From Nemertoderma westbladi (lineage: Eukaryota; Animalia; Xenacoelomorpha): a DNA stretch of 64,000 bases. Shown here piece after piece: positions 36,584-49,184 of this stretch. The stretch lies in NCBI GenBank assembly GCA_032718475.1, contig JAUCBJ010003086.1, positions 1-64,000 on the forward strand, given 5' to 3'. Position 1 is the stretch's first letter, and the number at the start of each line of letters is the position of its first letter. The notes beneath the pieces were generated by a model that had not been told where the DNA came from, did no database searches, and saw only the letters and a program-made list of their open reading frames with translations. The position numbers were made by a program, and so were the translations under genes.

Positions 36584-39252
36584 CTGCCGTTGTTTGGCAA
36601 TAAACCCTATCTCAAAATTTTCAAAAAAAATTTTATTTGATCAATTGGGGTCACTTGACACGCTCTTTTCAATGAAACTAAGAAAAGTGGGGTGTTCCTT
36701 TCACGAAATCGGACTTTTTCAATCTTAAAACACCCCATGGCAGCATCTCAAATCAACAGCTTCGAGGCAAAACACCCCATACCTAAATTCGACCATATAG
36801 GGTGCTTTGCCTTGTTAACTCTGTCGACCAAATAACCCTATCATTGAGTTAGGGTTTTTTGCCTTGCGCTTTACTTTTAAGCCAATCAATTAGTTAAGAA
36901 ATTGACCAATCAGAAGTAATATCCTTTGTCATTTAATATTTATTTACACTACTTAAAGGTAACTCTGTCTGGCGGGAAATTAATTTTAGTTATTTTAATT
37001 TGACCTGGCGCAAATTAATTTATCCTATCTAGTTATATTGATTTTTGTTAGGAATTTACTCTTTATTACAACCAACAGTGTACTAACAGTCTTGTAAGTT
37101 TTAAGGGGAAATTGAGTTTGACAATAATGACGAGGAAGAGAATCTGGATACGTTTTTTGGATTTATTATTACATGAAGTAGTTGGACGCCGGGCCTGGGA
37201 TGGGTGATGTAGTGTTAGGTACTGGGGAAACGGAAGGTGAAGAAGATGGAGCTCTTGTTGGAACTGGGGGAGGTGGAATGGTTGTTGGAGCTGGGGAAAG
37301 TGCAATGGTTGTTGGAACTGGGGAAAGTGGAATGGTTGCTGGAACTGGGGAAGGTGGAATGGTTGTTGGAACTGGGAAAGATGGAATGGTTGTTGGAACT
37401 GGGGAAAGTGGAATGGTTGCTGGAACTGGGGTAGGTGGAATGGTTGTTGGAACTGGGGATGGTGGAATGGTTGCTGGAACTGGGGAGTGGAATGGTTGTT
37501 GGAACTGGGGAAAGTGGAATGGTTGTTGGAACTGGGGAAGGTGGAATGGTTGTTGGAGCTGGGGAAAGTGCAATGGTTGTTGGAACTGGGGAAAGTGGAA
37601 TGGTTGTTGGAACTGGGGAAGGTGGAATGGTTGTTGGAACTGGGGATGGTGGAATGGTTGTTGGAACTGGGGAAGGTGGAATGGTTGTTGGAACTGGGGA
37701 AGGTGGAATGGTTGTTGGAACTGGGGAAGGTGGAATGGTTGTTGGAACTGGGGAAGGTGGAATGGTTGTTGGAACTGGGGAAGGTGGAATGGTTGTTGGA
37801 ACTGGGGATGGTGGAATGGTTGTTGGAACTGGGGAAGGTGGAATGGTTGTTGGAACTGGGGAAGGTGGAATGGTTGTTGGAACTGGGGATGGTGGAATGG
37901 TTGTTGGAACTGGGGAAGGTGGAGATGTGGTTGGAACTGGGGAAGGTGGAGTGGTTGTTGGAACTGGGGAAGGTGGAATGGTAGTTGGAACGGGGGAAGG
38001 TGGAGTGCTTGTTGGAACGGGGGAAGGAGGAGATGTGGTTGGAACGGGGGAAGGTGGAGTGATTGTTGGAACTGGGGAAGGTGGAGATGTGGTTGGAACT
38101 GGGGAAGGTGGAGTGGTTGTTGGAACTGGGGAAGGTGGAATGGTAGTTGGAACGGGGGAAGGTGGAGTGCTTGTTGGAACGGGGGAAGGAGGAGATGTGG
38201 TTGGAACGGGGGAAGGTGGAGTGATTGTTGGAACTGGGGAAGGTGGAGATGTGGTTGGAACTGGGGAAGGTGGAATGGTTGTTGGAACTGGGGAAGGTGG
38301 AGTGGTTGTTGGAACTGGGGATGGTGGAGATGGGGTTGGAACTGGGGAAGGTGGAATTGTTGTTGGAACCGGAGAAGGTGGAGTGGTTGTTGGAACTGGG
38401 GAAGGTGGAATGGTAGTTGGAACGGGGGAAGGTGGAGTGCTTGTTGGAACGGGGGAAGGAGGAGATGTGGTTGGAACGGGGGAAGGTGGAGTGATTGTTG
38501 GAACTGGGGAAGGTAGAGATGTGGTTGGAACGGGGGAAGGTGGAATGGTTGTTGGAACTGGGGAAGGTGGAGATGTGGTTGGAACTGGGGAAGGTGGAGA
38601 TGTGGTTAGAACTGGGGAAGGTGGAATTGTTGATGGAACTGGGGATGGTGGAGATGGGGTTGGAACGGGGGAAGGTGGAGATGTGGTTGGAACTGAGGAT
38701 GGTGGAGATGGGGTTGGAACTGGGAATGGTGGAGATGTGGTTAGAACTGGGTAAGGTGGAGTGGTTGTTGGTTAAATAAATACCTTTCTTTACTTTTTGT
38801 ATTTATTTGGGAAGGAATTAATTTTAGTCACCTCATCATTCATCATTTTGACGTCTTGTTGACATGGCAATACACCCCAACTCCAGCAAGCTCTAAACTA
38901 ATAATACGTGATACAAAATGCTCTACAAATCATGCTGGCAGAACAAAAAATCACTGTTTTATACTAGTTTCTATGAAACCAGAACCATTGGTTAAACACC
39001 CTATCTCTAACAAATCAGCTTACATTGAATGGCAAAACACCCTATAATTTTATTTCATCCCTTTAATCCCTTTTCGTCATCTCTCACCATCTATTCTATT
39101 AAAAAAATCTAAGTTAGCCTGTTAAGTTCCCTTAGGACCCATTATCAGCGATTTCTCACAATGTCTTCAATGTTGACTTAGGGGAAACGCGTTTAGGTTA
39201 ATATCTCAAAATGTGTTTTTTTAGGATAGGGTGTATTGCCAAACAACGGCAG
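36584..39252. mobile_element. TIR DNA element copy 2 with independently expanded 27-bp minisatellite (37255-38770)
   Basis: Same TIRs (ctgccgttgtttggcaata ... gtattgccaaacaacggcag) and near-identical arms to 21341-23900. Confidence 0.85.
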
Positions 39253-41688
39253 AGTAGTAGTATAGTAGTTAACGTTTTCATTAACGGTAAATTACTTTCC
39301 TTTGTTAAAGATATGTGTATCTTACCTAGGACAATAAGCTGTAATCTTTCAGATAAATCTGACATTATGCGCATGCGCGCAGTAGGGGCCTAATATATAT
39401 TAACCCGACATTTTTCGCAAGGTTCGTTCTCTGTTAAACGCCCTACAGCTCTTCCAAACTTTTTGTTACAGTTTATATTGCTCCTCATTATGGTCGATAT
39501 TTCGAGTAGAACGTTGGAATATTTTGCTTGGTATACCATTGAGGTGATATTACGTAATGTTAGCATTCAGGTAATTATTTTGCAAACCTGGTTTTCTCAA
39601 TTAGTTTCTAATCAATGACAATTGTGCTATACTGTATGTATATAATCTACCTACAGTGTACCGGTACTATGGGCTGAGTTCCCGTGAATATACAAATATT
39701 ATAGTACAGTTGCAGTAGTACAGTATAGTAATTTGTAGGTATCAATAAAAGTCGAAAAGTTGACATTTTGGACAGTTTCATACACTATCAGTACAACAGT
39801 CTCCCGCTAGAGGGCTACATGTCTAAACATAATATTTCTTTGATTTTAATCGGTTCAAGTTGAAACTTGGGCAGATTTGTACTACAGTAGAATTAGACCA
39901 TTAGCTGTGTCATTGAAGTTCATCTCAGAAATGTTTGAAAGTGATAAACCTTTTCCATTTCCTTGATATTAATCCGTTTGAGCTCCGATCCGACCCGATC
40001 TTGGAATAGATTTACCTGACCACATGCTGCGTCCTTTTGAGGCAGGTGATTCATCTACAGTTCTCCAGTCTGCTGCTAGATGGCGAAATGTCCGACAGTG
40101 AAAACCTTCTCTCCAATTTCCGTGATTTCATTTCCTTTAAGCTGAATTTTGGTATATGTAATATACTTATACTTATTGTAAGGAAATTTCCTGAAAATGT
40201 CGCAAATTTCCTTGACATTTTCCCAGAAATTTCCTATTTTAGAAATTTATTATATAAAGTTTACTGTAACTACGGGTGAAGTATACTTTTCCGGAAACTT
40301 CCTTGAAAAATCATATTTCTGAAAAACTCACATCCCTATCTATACCAATATTTTGCGTCTTTGTGTAGAAGGTGATCGGTCCGCAGTTCTCCAGTCGGTT
40401 GCTAGATGGCGAAATATCTGAAAGTAAATACCTTCCACCGTTTCTTTTATTTTAATCCCCTTAAGTTTAAACTTGGCATATATTTATGTACTAGAAAACT
40501 GGCTGCTTATTTGTGGGACTATATTCCATCTACACTTCTACAGTCAGTTTGCCACAAGAATAAAACGTCGAAATATTTGAAAGTGAAAACCTTCTCCCAT
40601 TTCGTTATTTGTTATCCGTTCAAGATGAAACTACCATGAAAGTCTATAATTGTTGATGCACTCACATCGAACGAGGTATTTCCTCAGTGAGGTTTTTCCA
40701 CAGAGCCATGTTTGTACGTTAGTCCACAAAGATAACATTATTCTCACAAATATATCATTAAAAAGTAATATTGAAATTGTAGAAACCGCTGGTATTAATA
40801 AATTATACAATTTACATTCTTCATTTTCTATAAATATTATAATTTTATGGAAATCAAACAAATACTTGAATGACGTAATGAACGCTACAGCGACACAAAC
40901 TTCCTACCTAAACCCTAACGCTACCAGTTCGTGCGATTATTCAGTAACGTGTTACAACATTAGAACAACACCGATAACAAAATGTCTAACAATCACAGAG
41001 GCGATCTTACGACCATAGATCACCCGATCATAGACCCTTCAATCCGAGGTTTCTCAGTTTGAGGCATCTCAGTCTCTTTAAATAAAATATTTTAAAACTT
41101 CACAAAAACATTTTGAGATCATAAGAAATTATACATATTACCGGTAGAGTTACGGATTACACCATATGGATTTTAAATTCGGCCACAATGTCAGATGAGA
41201 AGGCAGGGCCTATAATTTAATATACAAATGGTGGATTATGTTTGTTTTTTTGTTTACAAATGGTGGATTATTCAAATAGTTTCCTTGTGTTTGCAAAACA
41301 CGTTCCAGTTAGGGAATCTGTTGGATTCTAGCCGTAGTACTGGAGCACATAAAGACAAACTGACAGGCAGTCATCACGGCTACGTAACGATTAATAGAAA
41401 CTCACAAAATCTAAAGCTGAAACGAAATCCTACATTTATCGAATTTACAATTGCCATAAAACCAGTTGTGGCGGTAGGATTATTAGCAACATTATTATCT
41501 TGGCGTTCTAATTTCTAACTATATAACCAGTTCGTATTAGCGCTGTAGTTGTGTGTAGGACTATTTTGTAGGAGTAGTATTTACTATTTAATTGTGTATA
41601 GACTAAAGGTTCCAATCCAATACTTTGTACAGTACGGTAGCTACACACCACACACAATTATTAGAGTCTCTAGAAGTAATCAACTAAA

Positions 41689-42195
41689 TTACGGATGTAG
41701 ATCCCCGTAGGCCTCCCGTTTAGTCTCCCTACCGGCGCGGTAACCCACCCAACTCCGACGACCGACTATCTCTCCGACGAAGAACCACACGGCTATATCG
41801 GCACCCACGAACAACCCAGCCAATGATTCCCGAGTGGTCAACATCCGCCAGTTCCTCAACCTCCCAACGAACCGCTGGTGGTCCGCTACTATCGCCGGCC
41901 AATCTGACGCTTTGGGGGGTCCTAACTCCGCCGTCGCGTACATCTTTAACGTATCCAGTCGCTCCTTCCCGTAATTCATCCATTCCTGCTCTTTCACACT
42001 CCCAGGGAATCTTTTATCCCCCGTTTTTCCCAACATCGGCGCGACCATATCCTTTGTTATCACTTCCTTATTGCTGCTACTCATTTCTTTTCCCGTGGTT
42101 GTTACTTTTTTACCCATTTTATTGGTTAATGACATGGCGCTTTTCAACATCTTCATCATCGTCTTAGAGACGACATCAACTCCCGCTTTAGACAT
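41689..42195 (-). CDS. ATP5MG: Mitochondrial ATP synthase subunit g-like protein with N-terminal extension, intronless
   Basis: YATAELGPP..DWP, LTTRESL, WFFVGEIVGRRSWVGY match the subunit g family (ELxPP, GExxGxxxxxGY). Confidence 0.82.
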   Translation of the reverse strand: MSKAGVDVVSKTMMKMLKSAMSLTNKMGKKVTTTGKEMSSSNKEVITKDMVAPMLGKTGDKRFPGSVKEQEWMNYGKERLDTLKMYATAELGPPKASDWPAIVADHQRFVGRLRNWRMLTTRESLAGLFVGADIAVWFFVGEIVGRRSWVGYRAGRETKREAYGDLHP

Positions 42196-42844
42196 TTTTA
42201 TTAGTGTATAACTATGTTCCCATTCACCGGCTGACCGGTACTGGCAGTCGTACTGCGTACTGTCAGACTGTCGTAGGTTCGCGTACAGGCCGATCCTCGT
42301 AAGCCTTCAGATTTCAGGATTTATACAATTTTAGAATTATACTACCGCACTACCGAAACTACAGTACAGCCAGTAGCTTACCACAGTAAGTAGGCTTACC
42401 ACATATGGCAGTATGGCTGTATGCAGGTATGGTACAGTTACAGTTAGTTGTAGGTCTACAGGTCTACAGTACCTCGGATAGCTCTGTAGCGGATAGACTA
42501 CTGAATTTCAGTATCTCCAGTCAAAAAAGTATAATACAGTAATACATTAGGCCTAATAATAAATCTGACAATGGGTAAGTATATCTTTCCGACCTACTAC
42601 TACGATCGGCATGCTGCATTCCAGCTACATTATATTTTATAGGCCTATATTACATATATATTATTCAGAATGGGATGCCGGCTTGCCGACAAAACTGCGC
42701 CTTCACAACTCCCTATAACCCATGACTTTTGCTAGATCATCTGCATCTTCAAGGCCAGTGTCCTTTAACTGTTTAAGATGCGTCTCCAAGAAAGTAATGG
42801 GCTGTGCTGTCCACCATGCTTATTCGCTCCATTATGCACTGGCT

Positions 42845-44513
42845 CCCAGGACGTCACGAAATAAATTGAACGTTCATTTGGAACATCAATGAAATATCGT
42901 TCAAAAATAGGTAAAAATTGATGACGTTGTGAGTAATTTACCAAATTGTGACGTTCACATTTGGTAATTTAACGTCCTAACTTTAACGAAATTGAATCTG
43001 AACCAAAACAAAGGAATATTGAACGTTCAAATTGCGTTCATTTATTTGTACCTAAATATGTACGTAGTTTGAACGTTCAAACATAATTTACTTTAATTTG
43101 TTATGTCAATGGCATGTTCAAACTTGTTCTTGACACAATTATCTGACAAGTATCACTCAAAATTTACTTTTGAACCCAGAAAACGTTTATTGACAATAAA
43201 ACAAAAAATAACCAAAAGGTAATAAAACATTGTTGCGCGGGTGTAGCCAACATGTATTTTACACATTTTTCTGTGGTATTGTTAAATAATTTACAATAGT
43301 TTTTGAGTTATTAAAAAAAATCAAGTCTCCCCTAAAGTCAAGTCTCCCTCACTCACCCTACATTTATTTTTTGTGTTGCTTAGTCTACTCCTTGTATGGT
43401 TCGGCTTATTCCTGGACTGATGGTTCCTTCCCCCCAATACAAAACAATTACTTTAAGTAATCACAAAATTAATCACACAACAAAACAGGAAAACACTGAT
43501 AACCAATTCAATGCTGACACATTTTTATACATTTTAAACAACAAATAACATCAAAATTCAAAAAGGTGACTCTCAGTCTGATTACTAAAGCTAATACACT
43601 ACAGTATGTCACATAAAATTGTAATAAAATTATTACAATATATTTGGCCTATTGAACCAAGAACATAACAACTGACCAATTGACCAAATACCATTAAATT
43701 TTGTTGAGATAAAGCAGATATATGTGCTTTGGAATGTACAAGCTTCTATTATGCATAGGGCCTATGGAATTTTTTTAAACGTAAAAAACATTATTTTTGA
43801 TTTTACAGATTTATCATATTAAATACACCTTCCTTACACTTCAATTGCTTTTTGTGTGTTTTATTGTCTTTTTGAAAATATATTTTAAATACCAATTATA
43901 AGGTCTTAAAATTAATGAATTTTTGTAGATTCACCTATATGAATAATATATTTTAGCTGAAAATAAGATAAATTATATAAATCTGACTAATCGAATGCGA
44001 ATTTGTGGATCGTCACCATAAGATTTCAATGATACTCTCATATCACTGTCGATTAAATATTTTCATACTGTACTCTGATACTTACTTCTCTAAATGTATA
44101 GGGTATTGTAGGTGTAGGGCCGTAGGATAGGGTGTACAGTAGGGATTGGATAAGGTTGGCTAACACACACCCCCCCCCCCCCCCCCCCCCTCCCCTCTAC
44201 ACAGAACATGCACACACAAGCAGTGATTGGTTGGTCTCACGATAAATTTTTCCGTTTTTTCTACCATTGACCTATAACACACCAGAAATGAACGTCTAGT
44301 GAACACAGATCAAACGTCATTGAAACGTAGATTCATAACGTATTTTAACGTTCAATTATCACTTCATTTAACGTACTTCTGACGGCCAACTTTGAACTAT
44401 TGAAAGTTCAGCATCAATAGCATCCTATGGGAGAAATATAACGTCATATGAACATAAATACAGAACGTCTGGACGAATAATGAACGTAAATTTACGTATT
44501 TGTGCTACCCGGG
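42845..44513. mobile_element. CMC/EnSpm-like non-autonomous DNA transposon with 2-bp TSD, inserted in an RTE fragment
   Basis: CCCAGG...CCCGGG termini, many subterminal aacgtt motifs; host reads cactggCT|element|CTggtcc versus uninterrupted copy at ~36335. Confidence 0.75.
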
Positions 44514-45304
44514 CTGGTCCTCACTGCGAAGGCAGTGTCCTGCAAAGCGGAGGCGGTTCCGTTCAAGTGTCAATCTTAGCGAGATTAATGGAACACCTCC
44601 GAACGCTCTCCAAGCCGAAAACGCGTTACTAACAACCAGAGATTGTGTATGTGGCTGCGTGTGCGTCAAAAAAGAGGAATACTGTAAATAGTTCGTTGTA
44701 TAAACAAATACCTTGTAATTTATATAAAAATTAAATTTAAGTGAAACGTTTAATTTATATCAAAATAGGAGGTTGCTATTCGCCTTCCTAAGGTCATCAT
44801 CCCTTTGCCTTAGGGGTGGCCGCGTTCTTGGCGTGGTCTGGGGTTCGGTGACGGAGCAGGCCTACTGAGTCCAGCCCTCACCACTTAATACTAAGCAGAC
44901 AATGATTATTGTAATATAAATATTATGGTGCATGGTGGTCGGGTCTTATTATTATTTTAGATTTGATTCTGGTGCTGAATTTTATTCATCATATATATAT
45001 TATTAGCCTATATGTTTACCAAAAAAAAATTATATCAAAATTCGATTTTAAGTGAAACCTTTAATTTGAGTCAAAATTAGATTGAAGTGAAACTTTTAAT
45101 AACAAATAAACACTCGGAATAAGAAATGTCCACATTTGGGTCTTCCACTAACTCCAACGCATATCATTTTACGTTATAATCATTAAAAACCCAAAACCCT
45201 TGCTTTATGGCGATGGAAACGTAGTGTTGCAACATTGCATAAACTGCGACTACTTTAGTTGTTGAACTTGAACGTTACAGTTTATTATCTTTTGTTCCCA
45301 TTAG

Positions 45305-45663
45305 ATACTGAACCGGAACTGGAACGGTTGATAACGGAGACGAAAAGCGACGAACCAATGGAAACTAAACCGGAAGTTGTTTCAGATAAACCAGAAGTAC
45401 CGGAAGTAGCGTTAGGCAAAGCGTCTCCGACAGGGGTTAGCGAGAAAGACGACGCGAAACACAGCGAGAAAGGAGGACTGCAAGCCGTGCCTGGTGGAAA
45501 ACGGGTTAAAAGTCCAGTTGGGAAGAGAGGCCGAGCGCCGAGTCGAGTTCCAACTCCACCAGATGTGATCGAAGCGCCATTGGAACGGCCAATCACGCCG
45601 TTACCCGAGGCTACAATATTCCTACAAGCCGCTAAGTGGCTCCTTAGTGTCAAAGCTATACAG
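45305..45663 (+). CDS. CFAP70: CFAP70/TTC18 exon (low-complexity linker into TIFLQAAKWLLSVKAIQ), phase-1 start
   Basis: Acceptor ttcccattag|AT, donor CAG|GTGAGT; 359 nt; end resembles CFAP70 IFMETIHFLMKVKAVQ (recalled homology). Confidence 0.75.
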
Positions 45664-45986
45664 GTGAGTGATTGTTGACTATTTTATGGCCCAAAACGGT
45701 AGTAAATTTCTGTAGTTCAGCGTAATTGTCTCGTTTACAAGTTGAAAATGGACACGGCGAATAAAACAATAGTGTAATTGGCGTTGGTTCGAATCTTAAT
45801 AAAGGCCGTTTACTTTTCGTATAATTATGAATGCACTAGTTGTATCCATTATTTATTTATATTATTCATTTTTTATTACAAAACTCATCAAAGATTAATT
45901 TAGTAAAAGAGATACCGATAAACCCGATGTTCTTGGGCAAACTGTTCCCAAACTAAAATGACGTCATATATATATTTTTTTAATAG

Positions 45987-46139
45987 TTTTGCGAAAGAGC
46001 CCTGAGCCACGAGTTGGTACAAGAGAACGCCGGTATCAGTATCCCATACAACTTACTGCTTGGTCGGGTTAAACTTCACAAGATGGAGCTCGACGAGGCT
46101 GAACGGGCTGTAGAGCAGATTGTTAAACAGGATGTCCAG
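45987..46139 (+). CDS. CFAP70: CFAP70/TTC18 exon (FCERALSHELVQ...KQDVQ), TPR region
   Basis: ttttttaatag| acceptor, CAG|GTGAGA donor, 153 nt phase 0-0. Confidence 0.8.
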
Positions 46140-48162
46140 GTGAGAAACAGATCAGATAGGGAGGGGAACTTTCGTCGCCATAAAAAACCCCAACCCCCTC
46201 CAAGGGAAATCAACGCAAATTACAACTGATTACTCGCAGAAATACAACTATACCCTGTTCTATGTATTGACTTTAGTTTATTGTTTTGGTTAGAATAAAC
46301 GTGGCAATGTAACCTGATCCTCTCCCTTAATTGATCATTTAACATTGAGATCAGATATAAATTCGCTGAGATGGGATTTGCGTCAAGTCCCCCCCCCCCC
46401 CCCCCCCGCCTCCAATCTACTTACTCTAACTGGCGATGAGGCAGTTTAAATAAATAGAAAATATATCTGAAATAGTATTTATTAATCACCGAAATTACAA
46501 CAACATACATATTACATTCAAATTACGACATTCAATAAACGAAAAAATAATGCCTGCTGCCCGATGTGACACTGTAACAATAAGTAAGTTACTGTACGAT
46601 AATATGTGGCAGACAACCGAGCAATTAATAATTGAGTTACAATTGTATTTATTAATATTCTAATATTCAGCTACCGGTATATTAACCAACAATATAGGGA
46701 AACGTAAGATTATAATTAATGGCTGAGTAAATAAGAACGAACTAAATTCAATTAATTATTTCTACCTCCTTTAAAGCGTAATTAATTACTCTGGGAAGAA
46801 AGTGGTTTATGTAATATAACTAGAATTATAAATACAACGACAACCACGAAGTCTTCTAGAGTGTGTTGATTAATAATATTTAATCAACAAAACGGAAGTT
46901 ATTCGATAATAAACTTACCAGAAACACAAAGAACTCATTGCTTCCTTTCATTAACAGAAATTCAGAATTGTGAAAATATTTACAAAAAGTGAACCATTTT
47001 TATTTTTGGTTTCGACTAAGAACTACCATTACCTCTACAACTGTGAGTATTTAACTAACCTAGATAAATATTGCATAGCAAATAAGATACATTTTATTGC
47101 GCATCGTGTAAATAAAAATAATAAAGGAACGACTGAAGGAATTTCGTTAGCGTCATTTTCGTCAGCAAAAGTTGTAGAATAATTCATAAAAGTTGTATAA
47201 ATATTCATAAATACTCTAGAATACATAATTAGGATGACAATAATGCACGAATGACTTTAGAATCTTATATAACTTTTTGAAATTTGATGAAACTTTCACG
47301 AATCAATATATATATAACTTTTAAGAATTTTAATATAACCTTTGCTGTCGAAAATGGTGCTTTATCTAAAGCTGAAGATATTATCAGAATTTGGATAAAA
47401 TAATTTTAAGAAATGTTTAACAAACACATATAGGATTAAATGCCGCTCAGGCAAATATCAATATTCAAAACAAAAGGAGAAACAGGAAGTAGCATGTGAT
47501 GTGATGCCAAAGAGAAACAGCAATTCCTTATATTTATACTTATGCGTATAAGACGTAGATTCTTTAAACTTATATTTTCATATATATATAATATATAAAT
47601 ATGAACATATAAGTTTAAAGAATCTCCCACAACGCTTGTATACTTGGATAATCTTTCCAAGTAATATATTATTACTATTACAATAAAGGTTAGTCTAAAA
47701 TAAATGTTCATGCACCGGGGCGACAACAACTACAACAGTTACACACTACAACGATGAAAACCGAAATAAAAAATAGCAATATGAAGGGGGGAGCGCACTG
47801 TAGACATATTGATTTGCACCAACATGCGTAGGAAATATAGTGATATTTACAACCTATAGGGCATAGCCTGCTAATTTATTTAACTAATAAAGCTAACGGG
47901 ATAATATAAACAAGTAATATAAACAATAAATCACCTGATTTCAGTAGGTTGACATACTTTTTAATCTTAAGTAGGTTAACATACATTTTGTTATACAGAA
48001 TAATACAGGGGATTATATTGAGAAGGATTTACTGAAGAGGTTAAAATTTAAAGGCCAGAAGGCTAGGTCTATCTCATTAAACATATTGAATCAACTGAAC
48101 TCGTTAACCAAATGAAATCAGGCGAAATTAGGCGCTATCGCAATTGAGGTTTACCTGATAGC

Positions 48163-48237
48163 TGATACCGTTAGGCCTACCGATACCGTTAGGCCTACCG
48201 ATACCGTTAGGCCTACCGATACCGTTAGGCCTACCTA
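48163..48237. repeat. 18-bp tandem repeat (gataccgttaggcctacc) x4
   Basis: Direct reading. Confidence 0.85.
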
Positions 48238-48526
48238 TCGTCAGTCCTGAATATTAAACTTAAGGCACCATGGCTGAAATTAGGGGGTAAACGCTAAGTC
48301 ATTAGGCCCGCGATAAATTATGGCGCTAGAGTTACTCAGGTATCAGGTATAGTTAAATATATGAGAACGAACCCTGATCACCCCTGTAGTCTGTCACTGC
48401 AGCACTGGTAACTTTGATAAACATATGCCTATGACTTTTAGGCCTACGTACTGAATTTTAACATTGGCTGAACCTGAAATAATATTTGGTAACCACCATT
48501 TTTATTCTCCTCATTCTAGCATTCAG

Positions 48527-48787
48527 CTATTCGAACTCTTGTAGTCTCCTGCTCTTACAGGACGGGCAGTTTAGAATGTCGGTTAGGTAGACAAATCTGG
48601 GATGTTGGTTACACTGTATCCGGACTCTACCAGTGGTAGTGTAACCACATGATCTGCACAGAATCTTGGTCATTGGTCGTTGGCATGTGCAACTTGTGTC
48701 TACCTGGTCTAAATTACCGGTCACAGTCGGCTCTGGGGCCTTGTTGTTATTTATAGTGGGGTGAACAGGAAACTGGTAGTTGTCCAT
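48527..48787 (-). CDS. Small Cys/His-rich protein resembling Drosophila CG13380 family, nested antisense in a CFAP70 intron
   Basis: CxCxRP...CxxCG...GRV...CxxHP...L.D...CPxC pattern, 86 aa, intronless; family assignment from memory of the motif. Confidence 0.65.
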   Translation of the reverse strand: MDNYQFPVHPTINNNKAPEPTVTGNLDQVDTSCTCQRPMTKILCRSCGYTTTGRVRIQCNQHPRFVYLTDILNCPSCKSRRLQEFE

Positions 48788-49184
48788 TGTATTATACTAT
48801 CAAGACTCTGCGACAGCAAGACAATAGGCCTACCCTACAGCCTGACAGTGACAGCACTGTTCTGATAATCAGGAAAACAAGAATAGCCTAGGCCTACTGA
48901 GCTTGTAGTGAGTCTGTGAGTACTGCCTGACAGACTAATAATGTACAGTACTACGTACCGGTACTGGCAGACTGGCAGACGGTGATATATTTGTACTGTA
49001 TATGGGCACTACAGTATAATTTTAACATAAACTAATACTGACAGTCCCTAAAAGGTGCCACCCTGCTCCATAGCGCGGGAAATTCAAGTGATTGAAAGAC
49101 ATGTTATTTGTACTGGAAAGGGTGGCAGATCAGATCTGCCACCTATATTTTGGCCTAATATTATTGGCCACCTAATAATATTAT

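Noticed and set aside
39260-41680. Short ORFs (40037-41518) as genes or CFAP70 exons
   Set aside because: AT-rich, no recognisable motifs, and internally repetitive, more like transposon remnants.
44168-44196. Poly-C tracts (also ~14800, ~46390, ~50470)
   Set aside because: Simple homopolymers with unreliable length and no evidence of function.
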